Assembly: GCA_963850905.1 (NCBI GenBank)
Contig: CAWKMU010000003.1
Location: 2,880,001 to 2,944,000, forward strand
Origin: an uncultured Gemmatimonadales bacterium
GTDB lineage: Bacteria > Gemmatimonadota > Gemmatimonadetes > Gemmatimonadales > Gemmatimonadaceae
Length of the DNA: 64,000 nucleotides
Reading direction: 5' to 3'
A program made the position numbers and the translations under genes. Shown in pieces: positions 44,139-52,565 of this stretch. The notes beneath the pieces were generated by a model. It made no database searches. It was not told where the DNA came from and saw nothing but the letters and a program-made list of their open reading frames with translations. Position 1 is the first letter of the stretch; every line of letters begins with the position of its first letter.

Positions 44139-46817
44139 ATGAATCCGGACAGGCTGACGGTAAAATCGGGTGAGGCTCTCAACGCGGCCATCGCGCTGGC
44201 GCGTCAGAACGGCAACCCGCTCGTGTATGATACGCACCTGCTGCTTGCCCTGCTCCAGCAAGAGGAAGGAATCGTCGTCCCCGTCCTGCAGAAGTTGGGT
44301 GTCAGCGTCGCGGCCCTGCGCGAACAACTCGAACGCGAAATCCAGCGGTTCCCGAAGCAGAGCAACGCCCAGCCGACGCTGTCACGTGAGTTGAACGGCG
44401 TGTTGGATCGGGCCGAGCGCGAGGCCCAGTCGCTCGGGGACGAATACGTCTCGACTGAGCACCTCCTGCTTGCGCTGTCGGACGCGCGGGGGACGGAGAG
44501 TCGTACCTTGCTCGAGACGGCTGGGGCCAACCATACCAACCTGCTCGAGTCGCTGAAGTCCGTCCGCGGCTCCCATCGGGTGACCGACCAGACCCCCGAG
44601 ACGCAGTACCAGGCGCTCCAGCGGTACACCCGCGATCTGACCGATGCGGCCCGCAAGGGCAAACTCGACCCGGTCATCGGCCGCGATGAGGAGATTCGCC
44701 GCGTCATTCAAGTGCTGTCGCGGCGCACCAAGAACAACCCCGTGCTCATCGGCGAGCCGGGTGTCGGCAAGACCGCGATCGCCGAAGGGCTAGCACAGCG
44801 CATCGCCAATGGCGACGTGCCCGAAGGACTCAAGAACAAGCGACTCGTATCGCTCGATCTCGGAGCCCTCATCGCCGGCGCGAAGTATCGGGGCGAGTTC
44901 GAGGAGCGACTCAAAGCGGTGCTCAAGGAGATTACTGACGCCCAGGGGCTGTTCATCGTGTTCATCGACGAGCTGCACACCATTGTCGGAGCGGGGAAAG
45001 CCGAGGGCGCGATGGACGCGGGCAACATGCTCAAGCCGATGTTGGCGCGCGGTGAGCTACGCGTGGTGGGTGCGACGACGCTCGATGAGTACCGCAAGCA
45101 CATCGAGAAGGACGCCGCCCTGGAACGGCGGTTCCAGCCGGTGTACGTCGGCGAGCCCTCGGTGGAGAGCACCATCGCGATTCTGCGAGGCCTGAAGCAG
45201 CGCTACGAGGCGCATCACGGCGTGCGCATCACTGACGGCGCCATCGTGGCGGCCGCGACCCTGTCCAATCGGTACATCGGTGATCGGTTCCTGCCCGACA
45301 AGGCCATCGACCTGATCGATGAAGCCGCGTCGCACCTCCGCATCGAGATCGACTCGCTCCCACAAGAGATCGATGAAGTCGAGCGACGCATCATGCAGCT
45401 CGAGATCGAGCGCGAAGCGTTGCGCAAGGAGAAGGACAAGGCATCGCGGGAACGGCTGGAGTCTCTGGAACGGGAGCTCACCGAGTTGCGAGAGCGATCG
45501 TCGGGGATGAAAGCACAATGGCAGCGGGAGAAAGAGACACTCTCCCTCGTCGGCAAGCTGAAACAGGACATCGATGACGTGCGCGGACAGGCCGATCAAG
45601 CGACCCGCGCCGGAGACCTCGGGCGTGCGGCTGAGCTCACGTACGGACGTGTCCCGCAGCTGGAGCAGGAGATGCGGCGCGCCGAGGCCCAGCTCACCGC
45701 AGCGTCCGACGGGGGACCGCAGTTCCTCCACCAGGAGGTGACGGCGGACGACGTCGCCGACGTCGTCGCCAAGTGGACGGGCATCCCCGTGTCGCGGATG
45801 CTCGAGGGCGAGCGCGAGCGCCTGACGCGCCTCGACGAGGTGTTGGCGTCTCGGGTGATCGGGCAGCGGGAGGCGGTGGAGGCGGTCGCCGATGCGGTCC
45901 GCCGGGCGCGCGCGGGGCTGCAGGACCCGAACCGTCCGATCGGGTCCTTCATCTTCCTGGGTCCCACCGGCGTCGGCAAAACAGAGACTGCGCGCGCACT
46001 GGCCGAGTTCCTGTTTGATGATGAGAACGCAATGGTGCGCATCGACATGTCGGAGTACATGGAGAAACACGCCGTCGCACGGCTCATTGGCGCCCCGCCG
46101 GGCTACGTGGGCTTCGAGGAGGGCGGTCAGCTCACCGAAGCGATTCGCCGTCGACCCTATTCGGTCATTCTGTTCGACGAGATCGAGAAGGCGCACCACA
46201 ATGTGTTCAATATCCTCCTGCAAATCCTCGACGACGGCCGCCTCACGGATTCGCAGGGCCGGACAGTGGACTTCCGGAATACCGTCGTGATCATGACGTC
46301 CAATATCGGAAGTACCTACATCCTCGAGCATAGTGGCGCCGATTGGGCGGAAGTCGAGGCGCAGGTCCTCGCGGCGTTGCGCCAGCATTTCCGGCCCGAA
46401 TTCCTCAACCGGGTCGATGATATCATCGTCTTCCGGCCGCTCGGGGAGGAACAGATCGGTCGCATCATCGAGTTGCAGCTTCGACGGTTGGAGCGGTTGC
46501 TCGCCGAGAAGAAGTTGACCATCGAGTTGACGCCCGAGGCTCGGCGGGTGGTGGCCGTCGAGGGCTACGACCCCGCGTACGGAGCTCGGCCGCTCAAGCG
46601 TGCATTGCAACGCTTGATTCAGAATCCCCTGGCGCTCGGTGTGCTCGACGGCCGCTTCAAGGAGGGTGATCACATCCTGGTGACCGCTACGCCCGCCGGG
46701 CGGCTGGGATTCGAAGTGGCGGCCGATCACGCTGAGCGTGAACCAGCAGGGGTGGGATCCGATGGCGGCGGCACATCGGGGAGGGCTTCGGGCAGCCGCC
46801 CGAAATCCAAGCGCTAG
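44139..46817 (+). CDS. clpB: ATP-dependent chaperone ClpB
   Basis: Two AAA+ modules ([16 protein letters not shown]), [11 protein letters not shown], coiled-coil M domain. Confidence 0.97.
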   Translation: MNPDRLTVKSGEALNAAIALARQNGNPLVYDTHLLLALLQQEEGIVVPVLQKLGVSVAALREQLEREIQRFPKQSNAQPTLSRELNGVLDRAEREAQSLGDEYVSTEHLLLALSDARGTESRTLLETAGANHTNLLESLKSVRGSHRVTDQTPETQYQALQRYTRDLTDAARKGKLDPVIGRDEEIRRVIQVLSRRTKNNPVLIGEPGVGKTAIAEGLAQRIANGDVPEGLKNKRLVSLDLGALIAGAKYRGEFEERLKAVLKEITDAQGLFIVFIDELHTIVGAGKAEGAMDAGNMLKPMLARGELRVVGATTLDEYRKHIEKDAALERRFQPVYVGEPSVESTIAILRGLKQRYEAHHGVRITDGAIVAAATLSNRYIGDRFLPDKAIDLIDEAASHLRIEIDSLPQEIDEVERRIMQLEIEREALRKEKDKASRERLESLERELTELRERSSGMKAQWQREKETLSLVGKLKQDIDDVRGQADQATRAGDLGRAAELTYGRVPQLEQEMRRAEAQLTAASDGGPQFLHQEVTADDVADVVAKWTGIPVSRMLEGERERLTRLDEVLASRVIGQREAVEAVADAVRRARAGLQDPNRPIGSFIFLGPTGVGKTETARALAEFLFDDENAMVRIDMSEYMEKHAVARLIGAPPGYVGFEEGGQLTEAIRRRPYSVILFDEIEKAHHNVFNILLQILDDGRLTDSQGRTVDFRNTVVIMTSNIGSTYILEHSGADWAEVEAQVLAALRQHFRPEFLNRVDDIIVFRPLGEEQIGRIIELQLRRLERLLAEKKLTIELTPEARRVVAVEGYDPAYGARPLKRALQRLIQNPLALGVLDGRFKEGDHILVTATPAGRLGFEVAADHAEREPAGVGSDGGGTSGRASGSRPKSKR

Positions 46818-46870
46818 GCCGCCGCGGCCATGCGGTACCGATCGCGGCAATCGCGCCCCGGACCTGGCCC

Positions 46871-47365
46871 ATGGTAGTCGTGATGCGACGGCCGTCGCCG
46901 GCGCTCGATCCGGACGCGCGGTGGATGGCCGCTGCCCTCGAAATCGCGGAGGCGGCCCAGGCGGCAGACGAGGTGCCGGTCGGCGCGGTGGTCGTCGCGC
47001 AGGGGACGATCATTGCCTCTGCAGCCAACCGGACCCGTCGTGATCGGGACGCGACGTCTCACGCGGAACTGCTGGCGTTGCGGGAAGCGGCCACGGGGCT
47101 GGGGACACCCGTCCTGGATGCCGCAACGCTGTACGTGACGCTCGAGCCGTGCGCCATGTGTGCGGGAGCCATCGTGCTCGCCCGCGTCTCGCGCGTGGTA
47201 TTTGGCGCGTGGGATGACAAGGCGGGGATGGCGGGGTCTGTGGGAGACCTCCTGCGTCACTCGCGACTCAACCACCGCCCTGAGGTGCTGGGTGGTGTAC
47301 TGGCGCAGGAGTGTGGGGCGATCCTGTCGGCGTTCTTTGCGGCGCGCCGCGAGGCGAACGCGTAG
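46871..47365 (+). CDS. tadA: tRNA adenosine(34) deaminase
   Basis: EVPVGA, HAE, TLEPCAMCAGA, LNH, FF..RR. Confidence 0.93.
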   Translation: MVVVMRRPSPALDPDARWMAAALEIAEAAQAADEVPVGAVVVAQGTIIASAANRTRRDRDATSHAELLALREAATGLGTPVLDAATLYVTLEPCAMCAGAIVLARVSRVVFGAWDDKAGMAGSVGDLLRHSRLNHRPEVLGGVLAQECGAILSAFFAARREANA

Positions 47366-47647
47366 GGCCTGGTCGCCGCTGTGTGATCGGCCTGCATCGG
47401 GGGCCGCGGACGGGGCAACCGGGCGCTAGCTGACCTATGGCCACTAGTGGGTGTCAACGATCCCTCCTAATCCTCCAACACTGTGCCGGGGTCTCATCAC
47501 GCGCCAGCGAAAGGGGGCTGCTGGTATGGCGGGGCCGAGCCCAGCCACCAAGCAGCCGATGAGGCGGGCATCGGACGGCCAGCAACATCCGCAGTCGACA
47601 ATCGACTCGGTACGCTCACGTAGCTCGAGCGGAGAGGAGGAATACAC

Positions 47648-48367
47648 ATGACCAGGCAATGCTTCGTCGCAGTGGCGTTTATCGTGGGAGGGACCGCGGC
47701 CCTCGCCACGGCGGCCGCACCGAAGGCCGTGGCGCAAGATCCAGCCGTGCAGCAGAAATTGGCTGCCGTTAAGCAGGCGGCGGCCGCGAATAAGCAAGCG
47801 CTCGCTCAGTACACCTGGCAGGAACTGCAGACCATAAGCGTCAAGGGCGAAGCGAAAAAGCAAGCGACGTATTCCGTCCGCCTCGGCCCGGATGGCAAAC
47901 CGCAAAAGACGGAGATCGACTCTCAACCTTCGGCATCACCGTCGGGCGGGCCGGTCAAGAAGCATGTCGTAGAGAAGAAAGAGGGCGAATATGAGACCTA
48001 CGGGAAGCAGATCGCCGCACTGGCGCAGAGCTATATGCAACCGGACCCCGGACGCCTGCAACAACTCTATCAGCAAGGCAAAGTCACACTGGCGCCGGGT
48101 ACGTCGCAACTGGTGATTCACGACTACGTGAAGCAAGGTGACTCAGTGACGATGACGTTGGACCCGGCCGCGAAGACGCTGAAATCCATTCAGGTGGGGT
48201 CGTATCTCAGCAAGCCCAGCGACGCGGTGACGATATCCGCTACTTTCGACCAGATCCCCAACGGGCCCAACCATGTGTCCGCGATGACCGTGGACGGGGT
48301 CAGTAAGGAATTGACGGTGCAAACGCAAAATTCCAACTATCAGAAGATCGGCTCGTCGAGTAGTTGA
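47648..48367 (+). CDS. Hypothetical secreted protein
   Basis: Strong RBS GAGGAGG, signal peptide, Lys/Gln-rich beta-strand C-terminus. Confidence 0.8.
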   Translation: MTRQCFVAVAFIVGGTAALATAAAPKAVAQDPAVQQKLAAVKQAAAANKQALAQYTWQELQTISVKGEAKKQATYSVRLGPDGKPQKTEIDSQPSASPSGGPVKKHVVEKKEGEYETYGKQIAALAQSYMQPDPGRLQQLYQQGKVTLAPGTSQLVIHDYVKQGDSVTMTLDPAAKTLKSIQVGSYLSKPSDAVTISATFDQIPNGPNHVSAMTVDGVSKELTVQTQNSNYQKIGSSSS

Positions 48368-48509
48368 GGCGTTGTCTATCCTCGGCCGCATGTTGAGCGC
48401 GGCGCCAAGATCCGAGAGCTTGGCGCCGCGTCTTGCGAACGGGGGGCGGCGTGATCGCGCGGCGCCGTGCGATCACCAACGTGGTTGCGCGTGCCGGCCG
48501 CCGCACGCC

Positions 48510-48538
48510 TTGCCGCGCCATTCGACTGACGATAAGTT
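48510..48538 (+). promoter_or_regulatory. Putative promoter for fluoride riboswitch 1
   Basis: TTGCCG-17 nt-TAAGTT, 16 nt before the aptamer. Confidence 0.55.
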
Positions 48539-48554
48539 CAGCCTGAGAACCTGA

Positions 48555-48608
48555 GGGCGATGGAGTTCGCCCAAACCACCGCCGAATTTGGCGGTTGATG
48601 ACTCCTGT
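48555..48608 (+). ncRNA. Fluoride (crcB) riboswitch 1
   Basis: GGGCGATGGAGTTCGCCC-AAAC-hairpin-TGATGACTCCT matches the crcB consensus, including the GGAGT/ACTCC pseudoknot. Confidence 0.93.
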
Positions 48609-48636
48609 CTGGCTTCGGCCGGGCAGGGGTTTTTTT
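48602..48636 (+). terminator. Intrinsic terminator, expression platform of riboswitch 1
   Basis: CTCCTGTCTGGC-TTCG-GCCGGGCAGGGG followed by T7; left arm overlaps the pseudoknot strand. Confidence 0.85.
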
Positions 48637-48664
48637 GCGTGTGTGGCAGCCACGGAGGGAGATC

Positions 48665-49891
48665 GTGTCATCGAATGTCTGGTTGATCGCGGCCAGCTGG
48701 ATGGCGCTGGCGCTGCTCGCGAGTCTCATCTCGATTCGCCTCGCGGTGTCGGTCGCGTTGATCGAGATCCTGGTGGGCGTGATCGCCGGCAACTTCTTCG
48801 GGCTCCATACGACGCCCTGGATCGATTTCCTCGCCACCTTTGGTTCGGGACTCCTGACGTTCCTGGCCGGCGCGGAAATCGAGCCCTCAGCGCTGCGACG
48901 ACACCTGGGCCCGGCGCTGGCGATCGGAGCAATGAGTTTCCTGGTGCCCTTCGCGTTCGCCCTCGCGTTCGCCCGATGGGTCGCTCAGTGGGACTGGCAT
49001 GCGGCCGAAATCGCGGGGATCGCCCTCTCCACGACGTCGGTCGCGGTGGTCTATGCGACCATGATCGAGACCGGCCTGAATCGGACGGAGCTGGGGAAGC
49101 TCATCCTCGCTGCGTGCTTCGTGACGGATCTCGGGACCGTGCTCGCGCTGGGCATCCTGTTCGCCACGTTCAACGCGTGGCTGGCCGTGTTTGTCGGCGT
49201 GACAGCCATCGTGCTTTGGTACCTGCCGCGCGTCACGCGCTACGTCATCGCGACGGTGGGCAACCGCGTGTCCGAACCCGAGGTCAAGTTCGTCTTTCTC
49301 GTGCTCTTCGCCCTTGGCGGGCTGGCGCAAGTCGCGAAGAGTGAGGCGGTGCTCCCGGCCTATCTCGTCGGACTCGTCGTTGCCGGCGTGTTTGTTCGGG
49401 ATCGCGTGCTGGTAGACCGCATGCGGAGCATCGCCTTTGCGATCCTCACGCCATTCTACTTTATCAAGGCGGGCCTGTTCGTGTCGCTCCCGGCGATCGC
49501 CACCGGTGCGCTGATCATCATCGCGTTGTTCGTCGTGAAGGTTATCTCGAAGATCGTCGGAGTCTGGCCGTTGACCCGAGTCTTTCGATTTGGGCAGCGT
49601 GAAGGTGCCTACACGACGCTGCTCATGGCGACGGGCCTCACCTTCGGGACGATCTCCGCTCTCTTTGGGTTGACGAACCACCTCATTAGCCAAAGCCAGT
49701 ACACGATTCTCGTCACGGTCGTCATCGGCAGCGCAGTGCTGCCGACGCTCGTCGCTCAGCGCTTCTTCCAGCCCGAAGCGGCGATCCCGGAGAGCGCGGA
49801 GGTCGTCGAGCTCGAGGAGGTGGAAGGTGCCCTCGACGCCGGCGCCGTTACGGCACGGCCGCGGCGCCCCTCGCGCGGAACTGCTTCCTGA
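48665..49891 (+). CDS. Cation:proton antiporter (CPA2/Kef-type, no KTN domain)
   Basis: About 12 TM segments, FLAGAEI, ALSTTSVAVV, ACFVTD, PFYF; RBS GGAGG before the GTG. Confidence 0.9.
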   Translation: MSSNVWLIAASWMALALLASLISIRLAVSVALIEILVGVIAGNFFGLHTTPWIDFLATFGSGLLTFLAGAEIEPSALRRHLGPALAIGAMSFLVPFAFALAFARWVAQWDWHAAEIAGIALSTTSVAVVYATMIETGLNRTELGKLILAACFVTDLGTVLALGILFATFNAWLAVFVGVTAIVLWYLPRVTRYVIATVGNRVSEPEVKFVFLVLFALGGLAQVAKSEAVLPAYLVGLVVAGVFVRDRVLVDRMRSIAFAILTPFYFIKAGLFVSLPAIATGALIIIALFVVKVISKIVGVWPLTRVFRFGQREGAYTTLLMATGLTFGTISALFGLTNHLISQSQYTILVTVVIGSAVLPTLVAQRFFQPEAAIPESAEVVELEEVEGALDAGAVTARPRRPSRGTAS

Positions 49892-49900
49892 TCGCGGCGA

Positions 49901-50305
49901 TTATTCCGGAACCGCCTGCCAGCTGCCGGTGATGTCCATGGGCCACGGTTCCGCGCTTTCCTCGTCGGCTCGGTGCGGGCGGTACATGATGACCTTCGCC
50001 CGCTCCAGCGTCACGAGACCTCCGCCGATCATCTCATCGAGCTCAGGAAGGATCGCGAGGATCCGCTCTTCGGTCTCGATGCACTCGATCACGACTGGCA
50101 GGTCCAACGACAAGAACTCGAAGCGCTCGCTGCGGAGTTTGGCACTTGCGCCGAAACCCATGATGCCGCGGAACACCGTCGCTCCAGCGTAGTGTCGTTC
50201 ACGGAGGAGCTCGACGATGGCCGCATACAGCGACTTGCCATGCCACTTGTCCCGCTCGCCGATGTGAATGCGCATGAGAACGCGCTCGCCCTTGAAGCCG
50301 TGCAT
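49901..50305 (-). CDS. DUF190 (COG1993, PII-like) protein
   Basis: MRIHIGE.D, AGATVFRGIMGFG, LSLDLPVVIE, GLVTLE. Confidence 0.9.
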   Translation of the reverse strand: MHGFKGERVLMRIHIGERDKWHGKSLYAAIVELLRERHYAGATVFRGIMGFGASAKLRSERFEFLSLDLPVVIECIETEERILAILPELDEMIGGGLVTLERAKVIMYRPHRADEESAEPWPMDITGSWQAVPE

Positions 50306-50410
50306 GACAGGTCCCTCCGCGTGGACTCAACGACCGGGTGCTCGAGGTGCCGCCGCGTCTCCCCTGGGGCAATGCATACACGAGGGTACGAGGGGCGTCA
50401 ACGCCCGGGA

Positions 50411-50887
50411 TCATGGGCCGCCCCAGGGTGCGTCGGACGTCTGGTCGATGTCTGGGGTGGCATGCAAGAGGGCACGAATCGCGGCAAATGCCTCCCGGAA
50501 ACGGTCGAGGTCCGGCGCGAGAACCGCGTCGAGGTCTTCGGAAACGGCACCATAGCCGCGCAGCTGCTTCACGCCGCTCTCGTCCAGGCGGACGATCTGA
50601 GCCGAGATATGGGCTTCAATGCTGCTCGCCCGCGAGAACCCGTGCGAGTCGAGCGAGAATCGCTCGCTGAACACGGCGACATGAGCACGGACTTCGCCGA
50701 GAATCGGGCGAATACGTTCGGGGAAGCCTGCGGGCAGATCGGCCGCGTAGTGGGTGAGGATGGAGTCGCGGTCCAGATCAGGATCGAGGAAATGCTCGAT
50801 TTCGGTGACAGTGTCCTCGATGCCGGCTGCGAGGACCGAGAGATGCGCCCTCTGGGACTTGTTCACCAACGGGCGATGGGCCACCAA
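50411..50887 (-). CDS. Hypothetical helical protein (LRGYG motif) directly under fluoride riboswitch 2
   Basis: 158-aa ORF, RBS GGGAG before TTG 50887/GTG 50884, amphipathic helices. Confidence 0.75.
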   Translation of the reverse strand: MVAHRPLVNKSQRAHLSVLAAGIEDTVTEIEHFLDPDLDRDSILTHYAADLPAGFPERIRPILGEVRAHVAVFSERFSLDSHGFSRASSIEAHISAQIVRLDESGVKQLRGYGAVSEDLDAVLAPDLDRFREAFAAIRALLHATPDIDQTSDAPWGGP

Positions 50888-50913
50888 GAGACGCTCCCGC
50901 GTGCGAGGTCCAC

Positions 50914-50991
50914 GTAGGAGTCATCAGCGCCGGCGTTGGTGCCTGAGGAGGCAGCCGCGATCCGGTGCGGTTGAGGGCGAACTCCATCGCC
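50914..50991 (-). ncRNA. Fluoride (crcB) riboswitch 2 with extended P3
   Basis: Minus strand GGCGATGGAGTTCGCC-CTCAACC-(long insert)-GCTGATGACTCCTAC. Confidence 0.9.
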
Positions 50992-51001
50992 GACGAGTGA
51001 A

Positions 51002-51035
51002 CGTGGAATCTTGATTCCACGATTTGATCGGTCAA
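51002..51035 (-). promoter_or_regulatory. Putative promoter with overlapping operator-like palindrome
   Basis: Minus strand TTGACC-17 nt-AAGATT; perfect inverted repeat CGTGGAATC-N2-GATTCCACG (51002-51021) covers the -10. Confidence 0.55.
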
Positions 51036-51206
51036 GGCACTGTGCACCGTCGAGAGGCCGCGGCCTGAGTGCTGCCGGCGACCTTAGCCGGGCCTTCGCG
51101 GCCCCTCCAATCCCCGGATCGGGTCGCCGCATTCAGGCTTCCAAAGCGCGGCACAGCATGCGAAACTTCCCGCGGGGCCGCATCAGCACGCAGTCCTGCA
51201 ACAGTA

Positions 51207-51296
51207 GGACGGGTGGCCGAGTGGTTGAAGGCACCGGTCTCGAAAACCGGCATACCGGTGAACCCGGTATCGTGAGTTCGAATCTCACCCCGTCCG
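51207..51296 (+). tRNA. tRNA-Ser(CGA)
   Basis: GGACGGG/CCCGTCC acceptor stem, anticodon loop CT-CGA-AA, long variable arm, GTTCGAATC T-loop. Confidence 0.96.
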
Positions 51297-51365
51297 TGAC
51301 GGGCGCTCTGCGCCCGAGAAAGAAGCAAGGCGCAAAGGCACAACAGTGAAATCAGCCATGGACCG

Positions 51366-51456
51366 GTAGGGGCGACGCATTGCGTCGCCCGCCGTAGGGG
51401 CCCGGTCGGCGGAACCGGCTACGGACCGGGGTAGGGGGCGGCGCACTGCGCCGCCC
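51366..51456 (+). repeat. Cluster of three GTAG-type REP-like palindromes
   Basis: GTAGGGGCGACGCATTGCGTCGCCC; GTAGGGGCCCGGTC..GACCGGG; GTAGGGGGCGGCGCACTGCGCCGCCC. Confidence 0.75.
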
Positions 51457-51484
51457 ACCGTTGCGACCCGGTTGGCACCCCCGG

Positions 51485-52549
51485 TCACGGCCGCAGGACG
51501 TCCGCCTCCACATCCTGCACCTGCGGCAACGGCGCCAGCGTCCTGATCGCGCGCTCGAGCGGCACGGCGCCACTGTCCGGATAGGCTGGAATTCGGACGT
51601 AGTAGTAGCGCTGCATGCGGGGCCCGCTCGGCGGAGGGTACCGGTTGCCGGTGCTGCGCAGCATGCCACCAACCACGATGCCATTGACCGCCTCCATCGC
51701 GGCCTCTCGCTCCTCCGCAGTCGCCGCACTGCGAAAGATCAGCCAGAGCTTGTCACGGACGACGCGCCCGGGGAAATGCGCATCGCCCGTGACGATATTG
51801 TCTGGAGACCGCGAAGCCTCCATTTCGTCCGGCGGGATCGCGTCCGGCGGCCGCCCCGGCACCGTGAAGACATGCGTCGCCGATGCGGTCAGTGTCACGT
51901 GCAGACGCGTCACCGTCGCTGGCATCCCGAACTCAATGGGCCGCGGGAGCGATGTCGCACCAGATGGTAGGACGATGGACCCGTCGGCTGCAATGACCGG
52001 CTGGCCGGTCGCCGACCGAAGCAGCGTGTCGTACGACCACTGTGCCATCACCTGGTCGTCGGGTCCTGGCACATTGGTGATGAGGCTCGCGCGACGAGCC
52101 ACGAGTCGCGCGGGAGCGTGCAACCACAACTTGCTCCCGTTCTGCAGGGCGACCGCAATCTGCACGGTACGACTCACGGCGTCGAACCGGGCCGTTCCGG
52201 ATATCACCGGCACTACGGGTCCGCAGTCCGCCGCCGTGGCCGGGGTCAGCGTCACCGTGCTGTTGCTGCCGATACGGAGGTCGAACGCGGTACAGCCCGC
52301 GACGGGGGCCGGCGGCGGAACGGACAGCGAGTCGGCAGACGACATCGGATGCGGACGGGCATGATGTGCGCCGGTGTCTGCATTTGCAACCTGGCCGCTG
52401 CTGATCGTTGGGCCCGCGGCCGCAGCGACCGCACACACCCAGAACGCCGCCCACCACGAGGAACGACGCCGGGCGCTACGCAGGGAGAGAGCCGGACACG
52501 CGCCAACCGCCCGGCGACTGGCCGCGATAACTCGAGGCCGCCTTCTGGC
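51485..52549 (-). CDS. Hypothetical exported protein (beta-sandwich plus small alpha/beta C-terminal domain)
   Basis: Long ORF co-oriented with neighbours; hydrophobic signal WWAAFWVCAVAAAA; start uncertain. Confidence 0.65.
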   Translation of the reverse strand, partial: ARRRPRVIAASRRAVGACPALSLRSARRRSSWWAAFWVCAVAAAAGPTISSGQVANADTGAHHARPHPMSSADSLSVPPPAPVAGCTAFDLRIGSNSTVTLTPATAADCGPVVPVISGTARFDAVSRTVQIAVALQNGSKLWLHAPARLVARRASLITNVPGPDDQVMAQWSYDTLLRSATGQPVIAADGSIVLPSGATSLPRPIEFGMPATVTRLHVTLTASATHVFTVPGRPPDAIPPDEMEASRSPDNIVTGDAHFPGRVVRDKLWLIFRSAATAEEREAAMEAVNGIVVGGMLRSTGNRYPPPSGPRMQRYYYVRIPAYPDSGAVPLERAIRTLAPLPQVQDVEADVLRP

Positions 52550-52565
52550 GTCTACCTGCTCACCC

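Noticed and set aside
50354..50402. Internal promoter for DUF190 (minus strand TTGACG-N17-TATGCA)
   Set aside because: The -10 lacks the conserved final T; too weak to call, though it would uncouple DUF190 from riboswitch 2 if real
51207..51296. tRNA-Sec candidate given selB nearby
   Set aside because: Anticodons are CGA and GGA with 7-bp acceptor stems; both tRNAs are ordinary tRNA-Ser
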